Source of the DNA: Mizuhopecten yessoensis
Taxonomy: Eukaryota
Assembly: GCF_002113885.1 (NCBI RefSeq)
Contig: NW_018408610.1
Span: forward strand, 564,648-628,647
DNA: 64,000 bases
Reading direction: 5' to 3'
The number at the start of each line of letters is the position of its first letter. Positions within the stretch are counted from its first letter, which is position 1. The translations under genes were made by a program, and so were the position numbers. Below are positions 47,815-64,000 of the stretch, one piece after another. The notes beneath the pieces were generated by a model. It saw nothing but the letters and a program-made list of their open reading frames with translations, did no database searches and had not been told where the DNA came from.

Positions 47815-48470
47815 ACTTAACAACGATATTGTTAACCACATCATGTCACTGAATTCAACGACAATATTTTTCACCATATGATGCCACTTAACTCAACAAC
47901 GATATTGTCGACCATATCGGACCACCGAAATCAACAACGACATTTTTAACCATATAATGCCACTGCACTCAACAATGATATTGTCGACCATATTATGCCA
48001 CCGAAATCAAAAACGAAACTTTCAACCATATAATGCCACCTAACTAAACAACAGTATTGTCCACAATATGATGCCACTTAACTCAACTGCGATAATGTCA
48101 ACTATAAAATGGCAACTTGAATCAACAACGAATTTGTCAACAATATAATGCCACTAACCATATCATATCATTGAACTTCCCAACAACATTGTAAACAATA
48201 TAATGCCACCGAAATCAACAACGATATTGTCAACCATATCATGCCACCGAAATCAACAACGATATTGTCAACCATAAAATGCCACCGAAATCAACAACGA
48301 TATTGTCAACCATATCATGCTACTGAAATCAACAGCGATATTGTCAACCATAAAATGCCACCGAAACCAACAACGATATTGTCAACCATATTATTCAACT
48401 TCACTCAACTGCGATATTGTCAACAATAAAATGCCACGTAACTCAACAACAATATTATCAACAATATAAT
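47815..48470. repeat. 38-bp minisatellite, copy A
   Basis: Unit aactcaacaacgatattgtcaaccatataatgccactg. Confidence 0.9.
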
Positions 48471-49249
48471 CGGATATAATCTTACGATATGTGTCATAAA
48501 GTTCAGCAAATATTAACATGCATAAAACGTAGTAACGAAAACATATGATAGTTTTACATTGAACTACGTGTAAAGAAATTGGAGAGAAAAATAATGAATA
48601 TTTATATTATGTATAAATAGTGTGAGAAAAATAAATAATTTTAAATGATATATTTTTGAAACTTAAGAAAAAATACATCTTCAAACTCACGAAAGGTTCT
48701 TTTTGGATTTCTGTTTCACCAATCTTGAAGAATTCCGGACTTTACGTAAGGTTTTCTTCCTCGAAAATTTGTATCAAAATTGTCAAACAGTATTAATACG
48801 CACTTTTAATATGTTATCCCGTTGTGTACACGGCTAAGGATATTTGTGATAGTATCAGAAATATAGCGCACCTTACGGGTGCATGTTTCAACATACTTAA
48901 TGACTTCACAAAGATAAATATCCTATAAAAGGCAGTCGATGTTATCATTACCGCATACGGGTTTATCAAATATGGGATAAATGAAGTAACCATTTTACTT
49001 TCCGATAACTTGCGCAGCTTAAAATAAACATCATAATCAAAAATCATTGTTGCACGAATGTAATTTAGTCGGCTTCTATATTTTCGATATTAAGATAATA
49101 TTTGAACGAAGGTAAACACGAGGAGTCACATTGTCCTGATACACTGCATGCACACCAGCGTAGACTGACATGAGAACAATACATTTGGCAGGATTCTAAT
49201 AACTGATGTGAACAATTCAAGGAGTACCTCAAGAAATAACCAAACAGAG

Positions 49250-52200
49250 AAAACAGGACAAATACAGAGAGAACAAACTATACACAAGACAAATACAGAC
49301 ACAACAAACTATACACATGACAAATACAGAGACAACAAACTATACATAAGACAAATACGGAGACAACAAACTATACATAAGACAAATACAGAGACAACAA
49401 ACTATACACGACAATTACATAGACAATGAACAATACACATACAAATACAGAGACAACAAACTATACACACGACAAATACAGAGACAACAAACTTAACACA
49501 CGACAAATACAGAGACAACAAACTGTACACACAAGAAATACAGAGACAACAAACTATACACATAACACAAACAGAGACAACAAACTATACACATGACAAA
49601 TACAGAGACAACAAACTATACACACGACAAATACAGAGACAACAATCTATACACATGACAAATACAGAGACAACAAACTATACACATAACAAATGCAGGT
49701 ACAACAAACTATACACAGGACAAATACAGAGACAACAAACTATACACATAACAAATACAGAGACAACAAACTGTACACATCACACAGATGGAAACAATAA
49801 ACTTTACAGAAAACTAAATAAGAGACAATAAACTATACAAATGACACATACAGAGACAACAAACTATACACGACAATTACAAAGACAATGAACAATACAC
49901 AAACAAATACAGAGTCAACAAACTATTCACACAAACAAATATACAGACAACAAACTATACACACGACAAATACAGAGACAACAAACTATACACATCACAC
50001 ATACAGAGACAACAAACTATACACATGACGCATACAGAGACAACAAAATTAATACACAGCAAATACAAAGACAACAAACTGTACACACGACAAATACAGA
50101 GACAGCAAACTATACACATCACACAAACAGAGACAACAAACTATACAAAGGACAAATACAGAGACAACAAACTATACACATGACACATATGGAAATAATA
50201 AACTATACACAAAACTAATTAAGAGACAATAAACTAAACACATGACACAAACAGAGACAACAAACTATACATAAGACAAATACGGAGACAACAAACTATA
50301 CATAAGACAAATACAGAGACAACAAACTATACACGACAATTACATAGACAATGAACAATACACACACAAATACAGAGACAACAAACTATACACACGACAA
50401 ATACAGATACAACAAACTTAACACACGACAAATACAGAGACAACAAACTGTACACACAAACAAATATACAGACAACAAACTATACACACGACAAATACAG
50501 AGACAACAAACTATACACATCACACATACAAAGACAACAAACTGTACATACGACAAATACAGAGACAACAAACTATACACATGACAAATACAGAGACAAC
50601 AAACTATACACATGACACATATAGAGACACCAAACTGTACACACAAACAAATATACAGACAACAAACTATACACACGACAAATACAGAGACAACAAACTA
50701 TACACATCACACATACAAAGACAACAAACTGTACACACGACAAATACAGAGACAACAAACTATACACATGACAAATACAGAGACAACAAACTATACACAT
50801 GACACATATAGAGACACCAAACTGTACACACAAACAAATATACAGACAACAAACTATACACACGACAAATACAGAGACAACAAACTATACACATCACACA
50901 TACAAAGACAACAAACTGTACACACGACAAATACAGAGACAACAAACTATACACATGACAAATACAGAGACAACAAACTATACACATGACAAATACAGAG
51001 ACAACAAACTATACACATGACAAATACAGAGACAACAAACTATACACATGACAAATACAGAGACAACAAACTATACACATGACAAATACAGAGACAACAA
51101 ACTATACACATGACAAATACAGAGACAACAAACTATACACATGACAAATACAGAGACAACAAACTATACACATGACAAATACAGAGACAACAAACTATAC
51201 ACATGACAAATACAGAGACAACAAATTATACACATGACACATACAGAGACAACAAATTATACACATGACACATACAGAGTCTACAAACTATACACATGAC
51301 ACATACAGAGACAACAAACTATATACATGATACATACAGAGACAACAAACTATACACATGACACATACAGAGTCTACAAACTATACACATGACACATACA
51401 GAGACAACAAACTATATACATGATACATACAGAGACAACAAACTATACACATGACACATACAGAGTCTACAAACTATACACATGACACATACAGAGACAA
51501 CAAACTATATACATGATACATACAGAGACAACAAACTATACACATGACACATACAGAGTCTACAAACTATACACATGACACATACAGAGTCTACAAACTA
51601 TACACATGACACATACAGAGACAACAAACTATATACATGATACATACAGAGACAACAAACTATACACATGACACATACAGAGTCTACAAACTATACACAT
51701 GACACATACAGAGTCTACAAACTATACACATGACACATACAGAGACAACAAACTATATACATGATACATACAGAGACAACAAACTATACACATGACACAT
51801 ACAGAGTCTACAAACTATACACATGACACATACAGAGTCTACAAACTATACACATGACACATACAGAGACAACAAACTATATACATGATACATACAGAGA
51901 CAACAAACTATACACATGACACATACAGAGTCTACAAACTATACACATGACACATACAGAGTCTACAAACTATACACATGACACATACAGAGACAACAAA
52001 CTATATACATGATACATACAGAGACAACAAACTATACACATGACACATACAGAGTCTACAAACTATACACATGACACATACAGAGTCTACAAACTATACA
52101 CATGACACATACAGAGACAACAAACTATATACATGATACAGACAGAGACAACAAACTATACACAGGACACATACAGAGTCTACAAACTATACACATGACA

Positions 52201-52440
52201 AATACAGAGACAACAATATATACACATGACACATACAGAGACAACAAATTATACACATGACACATACAGAGTCTACAAACTATACACACGACAAATACAG
52301 AGACAACAAACTGTACACATCACACAAACAAAGACAACAATCTATACACAGGACAAATACACAGACAACAAACTATACACATGACACAAATAGAGACAAT
52401 TAAGTGTACACATGACACAAACAGAGAAAATAAACTATAC
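49250..52440. repeat. 31-bp satellite, array A
   Basis: Unit acaaatacagagacaacaaactatacacatg, about 100 copies. Confidence 0.95.
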
Positions 52441-52477
52441 AGACGTCAGATACAGTGACAACAAAATATACCGATGC

Positions 52478-52660
52478 ACACACGGTAGATATAGACAATA
52501 TACACACACGGTAAATTTAGACAACATACACACACGGTAAATATAGACAATATACACACACGGTAAATATAGACAGTATATACACACGGTAAATATAGAC
52601 AATATATACACACGACAAATATGGACAATATACACACACGGTAAATATAGACAATATGTA
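52478..52660. repeat. ~25-bp minisatellite
   Basis: Unit cacacacggtaaatatagacaatata, about 7 copies. Confidence 0.85.
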
Positions 52661-53759
52661 TATAACGCCACAAATACAGGGACAGCAAATAATCATTTCG
52701 CACAAGATAAAACATATGACAAATACAAACGGCATGGATATTTGAAACCATATGACAGGGAAAACCCAACAGAAATGTATGAATAAGAAGCAAACAAGGA
52801 CTACACAGAGCCAACAAAAAGACAAGAAACACACCGGACAAACATGAAAAATACAATGGAAAACAAGCAGAAAAAAAACCAAGAAATATACACGGAAAAA
52901 AACAACAAGTAGTGCATTTCAATAAACGGAACGTTCCTGATATGATAACCTGGTCTGCTTAAAGGAACAGCGCGTTTCAAATTAATCTTGTGCGTTGGGG
53001 TCAAATAATCTAATAAGAAAATTTAAAAAACCTAATACGACTTTTCCTTAATAAACCTTAACAGTTTTAGGCGTTAAAAATTCAAACCAAATAAACCTTA
53101 ATTATCAAGCTTTTACATACTGTGACATTACTTGAGTCTGTAATAATATTTTGGACAGATTGTATACAGTTTAAGTTGTTACACGTAAACCAATATACAA
53201 TTTGGTAAATATTTCAAACGTGAACTGTTCACTCGCCGCCATGTTGTTTCCACCAACAATAAACAACAAGAAAATATAAAGCACACACGAAAAGTAAAAA
53301 GGCAAAGCATACACGACAAATTGAAAGACAAAAAAAGACGCACACAAAATAAGAAAAAAGATTTTTGTTCTCGTTTTGTTTGATGTTTAATTGTTAAGAG
53401 TAAGTATGGAAAAGTAAAAGACCTTTTTAACGGAAATTTGTTAGAATAAATTTAAAAAAACAACATCTTAATGCTTCCATTCTCTACTGAAACAGAAGAC
53501 GCTTACCCTCCCGGAAAGTTTGGCCTTACTCTGCTTGTACTTTTTCAAATGTTCCCATATAAATATTTCCTTAATTCATATGCTATCCTAGTTTTACCAA
53601 TTCTGTGTTCGAACTACCATTTTGTGACACTTTTTACATTCAAATTTATCACTTCAAAATAAACTATTGAACATAAGTGCATACAAATGACACCATAATC
53701 ATGTGAGAGTGTAAGAGAACACACTTTGAATGACGTGTACCTTTTCCCATCGAACCCGG

Positions 53760-54190
53760 CTGATATTGTCAACCATATTATGTTTCTTAACTCAACAACA
53801 ATATTGTCAACCATATAATGTTACTTAAGTCAATAATATTATCAATCTTATGATGCATCTAAAATCCACAGCAATATTGTCAACCATATAGGGTTACTTA
53901 GCTCAACAATATTATCAATCTTATGATGCATCTAAAATCCACAACAATATTGTCAACCATATAATGCCACTGAACTCAACAACGATAATGTCAACCATAT
54001 AATGCCACTGAACTCGACAACGATATTGTCAACCATATAATGCCACGTACATCTACAACGATATTGTCAACCATATAATGCCACATAACTCAACATTGTC
54101 AACCATATAATGCAACTGAACTCAACAACGATATTGTCAACCATATAATGTCATGTAACTCAACAACGATATTATCAACCATATTATTAG
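53760..54190. repeat. 38-bp minisatellite, copy B
   Basis: Same unit as 47815-48470. Confidence 0.9.
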
Positions 54191-54928
54191 ATATGGTCTT
54201 ACTATCTGTGTCGTAAACTTCAAGAAATATTAATATGCATAAAAGATAGTACAGAATGTAACGAAAACAGAGTTTAGTTTTTACATTTTATCTACGTGTA
54301 TAGAAAGTAGTGAGAAAACAATGAATATTGATATCAAATTATGTATAAATAGCGTGAGAAAAAATATTAATTTTAAATGATTTATTTTAGAAACTTAAGA
54401 CAAATACATTTTAAAACTCACCAAAGCTGTTGTTTTAGATTTCTGTTTAACCAATCTTGAAGAATTTCGGACCTTGCGCACTGGTAATATGTTATACCGT
54501 TATGTACACGGCTTAGGAAACTTGTGATAGTATCAGAAATATAGTGCACCTTACGTGTGCATGTTTTAACATACTTAATGACGTCACAAAGATAAATATC
54601 CTATAAAAGGTAGTCGATGTTATCATTAACGCATACGGGTTCATCAAATATTGGGTAAATGAAGTTACCATTTGACTTTTTGATGACTCGCACAGCTTGA
54701 ACTAAAAATCATAATCAAACATCATTGTTGCACGAATATAATCTAGTCGGCTTTTATGTTTTCGAGTATAACGATAATTTTTGAAAGAAGGTAAACATGA
54801 GGAGTCGCATTGTCCTGATACACTGCATGTACACCAGCATAGACTGACATGAGAACAATACATTTGGCATAACTCTAATAATTGATGTGAACAATTAAAT
54901 GAGTACCTCGAGAAATATACAAAAAACG

Positions 54929-57900
54929 AAAACAGAGACAACAAACTATACACATGACAAATAAAGAGACAACAAACTATACACAGGACAGAAACAGAGC
55001 CAACAAACTATACACAGGACAAATAAAGAGCCAACAAACTATACACAGGACAAATACAGAGACAACAAACTGTACACATCACAAAAACAAAGACAACAAT
55101 CTATACACAGGACAAATAAAGAGCCAACAAACTATCCACAGGACAAATACAGAGCCAACAAACTATACACAGGACAAAAACAGAGACAACAAACTATACA
55201 CATGACAAATAGAGAGCCAACATACTATACACAGGACAAATACAGAGACAACAAACTATACACAGGACAAAAACAGAGACAACAAACTATACACATGACA
55301 AATAGAGAGCCAACATACTATACACAGGACAAATACAGAGACAACAAATTATACACAAAACAAATGCAGAGAAAACAAACTATACACAGGACAAAAACAG
55401 AGACACCAAACTATACACAGGACAAATACAGAGACAACAAATTATACACAAAACAAATGCAGAGAAAACAAACTATACACAGGACAAAAACAGGGACAAC
55501 AAACTATACACATGACAAATAGAGAGCCAACATACTATACACAGGACAAATACAGAGACAACAATATATACACATGACACATACAGAGACAACAAATTAT
55601 ACACATGACACATACAGAGTCTACAAATTATACACATGACACATACCGAGACAAAAAACTATAAACATGACACATACAGAGACAACAAACTATACACATG
55701 ACAAATACAGAGCCAACAAACTATACACAGGACAAATACAGAGATAACAAACTATACACAAAACAAATGCAGAGAAAACAAACTATACACAGGACAAAAA
55801 CACAGACACCAAACTATACCCAGGACAAATACAGAGACAACAAACTATACACACGACAAATACAGAGACAACAAACTATATACATGATACATACAGAGAC
55901 AACAAACTATACACATGACACATATAGAGACCCCAAACTGTACACACAAACAAATATACAGACAACAAACTATACACACGACAAATACAGAGACAACAAA
56001 CTATACACATCACACATACAAAGACAACAAACTGTACATACGACAAATACAGAGACAACAAACTATACACATCACACATACAAAGACAACAAACTGTACA
56101 TACGACAAATACAGAGACAACAAACTATACACATGACACATACAGAGTCTACAAACTATACACATGACACATACAGAGACAACAAACTATATACATGATA
56201 CATACAGAGACAACAAACTATACACAGGACACATACAGAGTCTACAAACTATACACAGGACAAATACAGAGACAACAAACTATAAACATGACAAATACAT
56301 AGACAACAAACTCTACACATGACAAATACAAAGACAACAAACTATACACATGACAAATACAGAGCCAACAAACTATACACAGGACAAATACAGAGATAAC
56401 AAACTATACACAAAACAAATGCAGAGAAAACAAACTATACACAGGACAAAAACACAGACACCAAACTATACCCAGGACAAATACAGAGACAACAAACTAT
56501 ACAGAGGACAAAAACAGAGACAACAAACTATACACATCACACATACAAAGACAACAATCTGTACACACGACAAATACAGAGACAACAAACTATACACATC
56601 ACACATACAAAGACAACAAACTGTACATACGACAAATACAGAGACAACAAACTATACACATGACAAATACAGAGACAACAAACTATACACACGACAAAAA
56701 CAGAGACAACAAACTATACACATCACACATACAAAGACAACAAACTGTACATACGACAAATACAGAGACAACAAACTATACACATCACACATACAAAGAC
56801 AACAAACTGTACATACGACAAATACAGAGACAACAAACTATACACATGACAAATAGAGAGCCAACATACTATACACAGGACAAATACAGAGACAACAATA
56901 TATACACATGACACATACAGAGACAACAAATTATACACATGACACATACAGAGTCTACAAACTATACACACGACAAATACAGAGACAACAAACTATACAC
57001 ATGACACATATAGAGACACCAAACTGTACACACAAACAAATATACAGACAACAAACTATACACACGACAAAAACAGAGACAACAAACTATACACATGACA
57101 AATACAGAGACAACAAACTATACACACGACAAAAACAGAGACAACAAACTATACACATCACACATACAAAGACAACAATCTGTACACACGACAAATACAG
57201 AGACAACAAACTATATACATGATACATACAGAGACAACAAACTATACACATGACAAATAGAGAGCCAACATACTATACACAGGACAAATACAGAGACAAC
57301 AAACTATACAGAGGACAAAAACAGAGACAACAAACTATACACAGGACAGAAACAGACCCAACAAACTATACACAGCACAAATACAGAGACAACAGACTAT
57401 ACACGGGACAAATACAGAGACAACAAACTATACACATCACACATACAAAGACAACAAACTGTACATACGACAAATACAGAGACAACAAACTATACACATG
57501 ACACATACAGAGTCTACAAACTATACACACGACAAATACAGAGACAACAAACTATACACATCACACATACAAAGACAACAATCTGTACACACGACAAATA
57601 CAGAGACAACAAACTATACACATCACACATACAAAGACAACAAACTGTACATACGACAAATACAGAGACAACAAACTATACACATGACAAATACAGAGCC
57701 AACAAACTATACACAGGACAAATACAGAGACAACAAACTATACACAAAACAAATACAGAGACAACAAACTATACACAAAACAAATACAGACACAACAAAC
57801 TATACACAAAACAAAAAACACAGACAACAAACTATACACAGGACAAATACATAGACAACAAACTATACACAGGACAAATAAAGAGACAACAAACTGTACA

Positions 57901-60900
57901 CAGGACAAATACAGAGACAACAAACTATACACAGGACAAAAACAGACACAACAAACTATACACATGACAAATACAGAGCCAACAAACTATACACAGGACA
58001 AATACAGAGACAACATACTATACACAAAACAAATACAGAGACAACAAACTATACACAAAACAAAAGCAGAGACAACAAACTATACACAGGACAAATAGAG
58101 AGACAACAAAGTATACAGAGGACAAAAACAAAGACAACAAACTATACACAGGACAGAAACAGACCCAACAAACTATACACAGCACAAATACAGAGACAAC
58201 AGACTATACACGGGACAAATACAGAGACAACAAACTATCCACAAAACAAATGCAGAGAAAACAAACTATACACAGGTCAAAAACAGAGACAACAAACTAT
58301 ACACAGGACAGAAACAGAGCCAACAAACTATACACAGGACAAATAAAGAGCCAACAAACTATACACAGGACAAATACAGAGACAACAAACTAGACACAGG
58401 ACAAATACAGAGACAACAAACTATACACGAAACAAAAACAGGGAAATCAAACTATACACAAAACAAAAACAGAGACAACAAACTATACACAGGAAAAATA
58501 GAGAGACAACAAAGTATACAGAGGACAAAAACAGAGACAACAAACTATACACATGACAAATAAAGAGACAACAAACTATACACAGGACAAATACATAGAG
58601 AACAAACTATACACAGGACAAATAAATAGACAACAAACTATACGCAAAACAAATACAGAGAGAACAAACTATACACAAAACAAAAATAGAGACAACAAAC
58701 TATACACAGGGACAACAAGCTATACACAAAACAAATACAGAGACAACAAATTATACACAAAACAAAAACAGAGACAACAAACTATACACAGGAAAAATAG
58801 AGAGACAACAAAGTATACAGAGGACAAAAACAAAGACAACAAACTATACACAGGACAGAAACAGAGCCAACAAACTATACACAGGACAAATCCAGAGACA
58901 ACAAACTATACACAGGACAAAAACAGCCACAACAAACTATACACATGACAAATACAGAGACAACAAACTATACACATGACAAATAAAGAGACAACAAACT
59001 ATACACAGGACAAAAACAGCCACAACAAACTATACACATGACAAATACAGAGTCTACAAACTATACACAGGACACATACAGAGTCTACAAACTATACACA
59101 TGACACATACAGAGACAACAAACTATACACATGATACAGACAGAGACAACAAACTATACACGGGACACATACAGAGTCTACAAACTATACACAGGACAAA
59201 TACAGAGACAACCTATACACAGGACAAATACAGAGCCAACAAACTATACACAGGTCAAATACAGAGACAACAAACTATACACAGGACAAAAGCAGACACA
59301 ACAAACTATACACATGACAAATACAGAGACAACAAACTATACACATGACACATACAGATTCTACAAACTATACACATGACACATACAGAGTCTACAAACT
59401 ATACACATGACAAATACAGAGACAACAAACTATACACATGACAAATACAGAGCCAACAAACTATACACAGGACCAATACAGAGACAACAAACTATACACA
59501 GGACACATACAGAGTCTACAAACTATACACAGGACAAATACAGAGACAACATACTATACACAAAACAAATACAGAGACAACAAACTATACACAGGACAAA
59601 TACATAGACAACAAACTATACGCAAAACAAATACAGAGAGAACAAACTATACACAGGACAAATACAGAGACAACAAACTATACACAGGACAAATACAGAG
59701 ACAACAAACTATACACAAAACAAATACAGAGACAACAAACTATACATAGGACAAATACATAGACAACAAACTATACGCAAAACAAATACAGAGACAACAA
59801 ACTATACACAGGACAAATACAGAGACAAGAAACTATACACAAAACAAATACTGAGAAAACAATCTATACACAGGACAAAAACAGAGAGAACAAACCATAC
59901 ACAGGACAAATACAGAGACAAGAAACTATACACAAAACAAATACTGAGAAAACAATCTATACACAGGACAAAAACAGAGAGAACAAACTATGCACAGGAC
60001 AAAAACAGAGACAGCAAACTATACACAAAACAAATACATAGACAACAATCTATATACAGGAAAAATACAGAGAGAACAAGCTATACACAGGACAAAAACA
60101 GAGAGAACAAACTATACACAGGACAAATACATAGACAACAAACTATACACAGGACAAATACAGAGACAACAAACTATACACAAAACAAATACTGAGACAA
60201 CAATCTATACACAGGACAAAAACAGAGAGAACAAACTATACACAGGACAAAAACAGAGACAGCAAACTATACACAAAACAAATACATAGACAACAATCTA
60301 TATACAGGACAAATACAGAGAGAACAAGCTATACACAGGACAAAAACAGAGACAGCAAACTATACACAAAACAAATACAGAGACAACAAACCATACACAG
60401 GACAAATACAGAGACAACAAACTATACACAGGACAAATACAGAGACAGCAAACTATACACAGGACAAATACAGAGAGAACAAACTATACACAGGACAAAA
60501 ACGGAGACAGCAAACTATACCCAAATCAAATACAGAGACAACAATCTATACACAGGACAAATACAAAGAGAGCAAACTATACACAGGACAAAAACAGAGA
60601 CAGCAAACTATACACAAAACAAATACAGAGAGAACAAACTATACACAAAACAAAAATAGAGACAACAAACTATACACAAAACAAATACAGAGACAATAAA
60701 CTATACACAAAACAAAAACAGGGACAACAAACTATACACAGGACAAATACAGAGACAACAAACTATAAACATGACAAATACATAGACAACAAACTCTACA
60801 CATGACAAATACAAAGACAACAAACTATACACATGACAAATACATAGACAGCAAACTATAAACAGGACAAATACAGAAACAACAAACTATGTACATGACA

Positions 60901-63250
60901 CATACAGACACAACAAACTATACACATGACACATACAGAGACAACAAACTATATACATGATACAGACAGAGACAACAAACTATACACAGGACACATACAG
61001 AGTCTACAAATTATACACAAACTATAAACAGGACAAATACAGAAGCAACAAACTATGTACATGACACATACAGACACAACAAACTATACACATGACACAT
61101 ACAGAGAAAACAAACTATATACATGATACATACAGAGACAACAAACTATACACAGGACACATACAGAGTCTACAAACTATACACACGACAAATACAGAGA
61201 CAACAAACAATACACAAGACACATACAGAGACAACAAATTATACACATGACACATACAGAGTCTACAAACTATACACACGACAAATACAGAGACAACAAA
61301 CAATACACAAGACACATACAGAGACAACAAATTATACACATGACACATACAGAGTCTACAATTTATACACATGACACATACCGAGACAAAAAACGATAAA
61401 CATGACACATACAGAGACAACAAACTAAACACATGACAAATAAATACAGAAACATACTTTTTGTAAATGAGAACAAACTATACACATGACAAATACAAAG
61501 ACAACAAACTATACACATGACAAATAAATACAGAAACATACTTTTTGTAAATGAGAACAAACTATTCACATGACAAATACAAAGACAACAAACTATTCAC
61601 ATGACAAATACATAGACAGCAAACTATAAACAGGACAAATACAGAAACAACAAACTATGTACATGACACATACAGACACAACAAACTATACACATGACAA
61701 ATACAGAGACAACAAACTATATACATGAAACAGACAGAGACAACAAACTATACACAGGACAAATACAGAGACAACAAACTATAAACATGACAAATAAATA
61801 CAGAAACATACTTTTTGTAAATGAGAACAAACTATACACATGACAAATACAAAGACAACAAACTATTCACATGACAAATACATAGACAGCAAACTATAAA
61901 CAGGACAAATACAGAAACAACAAACTATGTACATGACACATACAGACACAACAAACTATACACATGACACATACAGATTCTACAAACTATACACATGACA
62001 CATACCGAGACAAAAAACGATAAACATGACACATACAGAGACAACAAACTATATACATGAAACAGACAGAGACAACAAACTATACACAGGACAAATAGAG
62101 AGACAACAAAGTATACAGAGGACAAAAACAGAGACAACAAACTATACACAGGACAAATACAGAGAGAACAAACTATACACAGGACAAATACAGACACAAC
62201 AAACTATACACATGACACATACAGATTCTACAAACTATACACACGACACATACAGAGTCTACAAACTATACACATGACAAATACAGAGACAACAAACTAT
62301 AAACATGACAAATACAGAGACAACAATATATACACATGACACATACAGAGACAACAAATTATTCACATGACACATAGAGAGTCTACAAACTATACACATG
62401 ACACATACAGAGTCTACAAACTATAAACATGACAAATACAGAGACAACAAACTATACACAGGACACATACAGAGTCTATACACAGGACAAAAACAGAGAC
62501 AGCAAACTATACACAAAACAAATACAGAGAGAACAAACTATACACAAAACAAAAATAGAGACAACAAACTATACACAAAACAAAAACAGGGACAACAAAC
62601 TATACACAAAACAAATACAGGGAAAACAAACTATACACAAAACAAAAACAGGGACAACAAACTATACACAAAACAAATACAGAGAGAACAAACTATACAC
62701 AGGACAAATACAGAGAGAACAAACTATACACAGGACAAATACAGACACAACAAACTATACACATGACAAATACAGAGACAACAATATATACACATGACAC
62801 ATACAGAGACAACAAACTATACACACGACAAATACAGAGACAACAAACAATACACAAGACACATACAGAGACAACAAACTATACACACGACAAATAAATA
62901 CAGAAACATACTTTTTGTAAATGAGAACAAGCTATACACATGACAAATACAAAGACAACAAACTATAAACATGACAAATAAATACAGAAACATACTTTTT
63001 GTAAATGAGAACAAACTATTCACATGACAAATACAAAGACAACAAACTATTCACATGACAAATACATAGACAGCAAACTATAAACAGGACAAATACAGAA
63101 GCAACAAACTATGTACATGACACATACAGACACAACAAACTATACACATGACACATACAGATTCTACAAACTATACACATGACACATACAGAGACAACAA
63201 ACTATACACATGACAAATAAATACAGAAACATACTTTTTGTAAATGAGAA
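54929..63250. repeat. 31-bp satellite, array B
   Basis: Same unit as array A, about 265 copies with variant blocks. Confidence 0.95.
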
Positions 63251-64000
63251 AACGAAACCGAAAATGTGATTTTATATCGCAGTATCGGTTAAGGAATTTT
63301 TGTCCAACCCTGAGGCCTTTGTTTGCTCAGCTTATCGTGTGTAAGCGCAGACATGTTGCTCCAAATGGATACTTAACTGATATATACCCAAGGTTGTATG
63401 TTCAATCTCCTGGCCAATAAAATATTTTGTGTACTGTTTTACACCACATTCCTCGTCTGCCCGTCTACACTAATCGTTGTTATCGATCCATTTTTTCAGG
63501 TATTAAATAGACAAATACCTTAAACGATTTCAAGATTTAGATTGCAATTTTGAAGTTTAATGTGATTTTATCTTTTTTTAAACAGATTTTATTGTGGTCG
63601 TTCTGTTATTATTTTTCTTCTTATTTTGTAACTTTTACATACATACGGAAAACATTTACCTCAAGTTGCGTTTCAGTGTCCCGTGTCGTAACTTTGATGT
63701 GCAGAAGGTGCGCTACCAGCGGGGGACCTTCTCGCAGACAACATATATGGTTTCTTATACTTCAAACAGCAAAACGCATATCTTAAATGCTTTTTGTCTT
63801 ACCTGTTTTTCAAAAGTATGTTATACCTGTCCGGTCCCAATTATTCACAAGTGAACAGCGTACATCATCATTTTTAAGACAATGGTAAAAATAAGGTAGT
63901 TTTGTAATAAACAATAATTTGACAATTGAAGGTCATTTATTAGAGGATGTCAGGGTTCTCAGGTGTACATACATGTAGGTTTCACTGTACATGTACCGCA

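Noticed and set aside
49208-63023. Many TTNYT/DKYRDNK and Cys-rich ORFs
   Set aside because: Artefacts of a 31-bp unit (not a multiple of 3) cycling through frames; frequent stops.
47815-63250. CRISPR-like periodicity
   Set aside because: Head-to-tail repeats without unique spacers, no cas genes, eukaryotic context.

Overview
AT-rich, intron-containing animal DNA, most likely a bivalve mollusc (inferred from V- and Meta-type SINEs, Penelope-like and CR1 remnants, and an Ngaro element). The main gene is missed by the ORF track: an 11-coding-exon transmembrane mucin on the minus strand (ATG 37252, stop 22308, about 1,970 aa). It has a signal peptide, a ~4.75 kb Thr/Pro repeat exon, a SEA domain with a G-S-V motif, a Cys/EGF module, a TM helix and a Tyr-rich tail. 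All ten splice junctions join in frame; there is one 1-bp frameshift in the repeat exon. A decayed tandem paralogue lies downstream (5.2-9.5 kb). Next to it is an Ngaro-type tyrosine-recombinase retrotransposon with three intact ORFs (10.4-14.3 kb). The right third holds a defective Tc1 (DD34E) inserted in a 40-bp minisatellite, a Harbinger-like MITE (a second lies in mucin intron 3), LINE/PLE remnants, and a duplicated composite block ending in long 31-bp satellite arrays with higher-order structure. No rRNA, tRNA genes or CRISPR arrays were seen.
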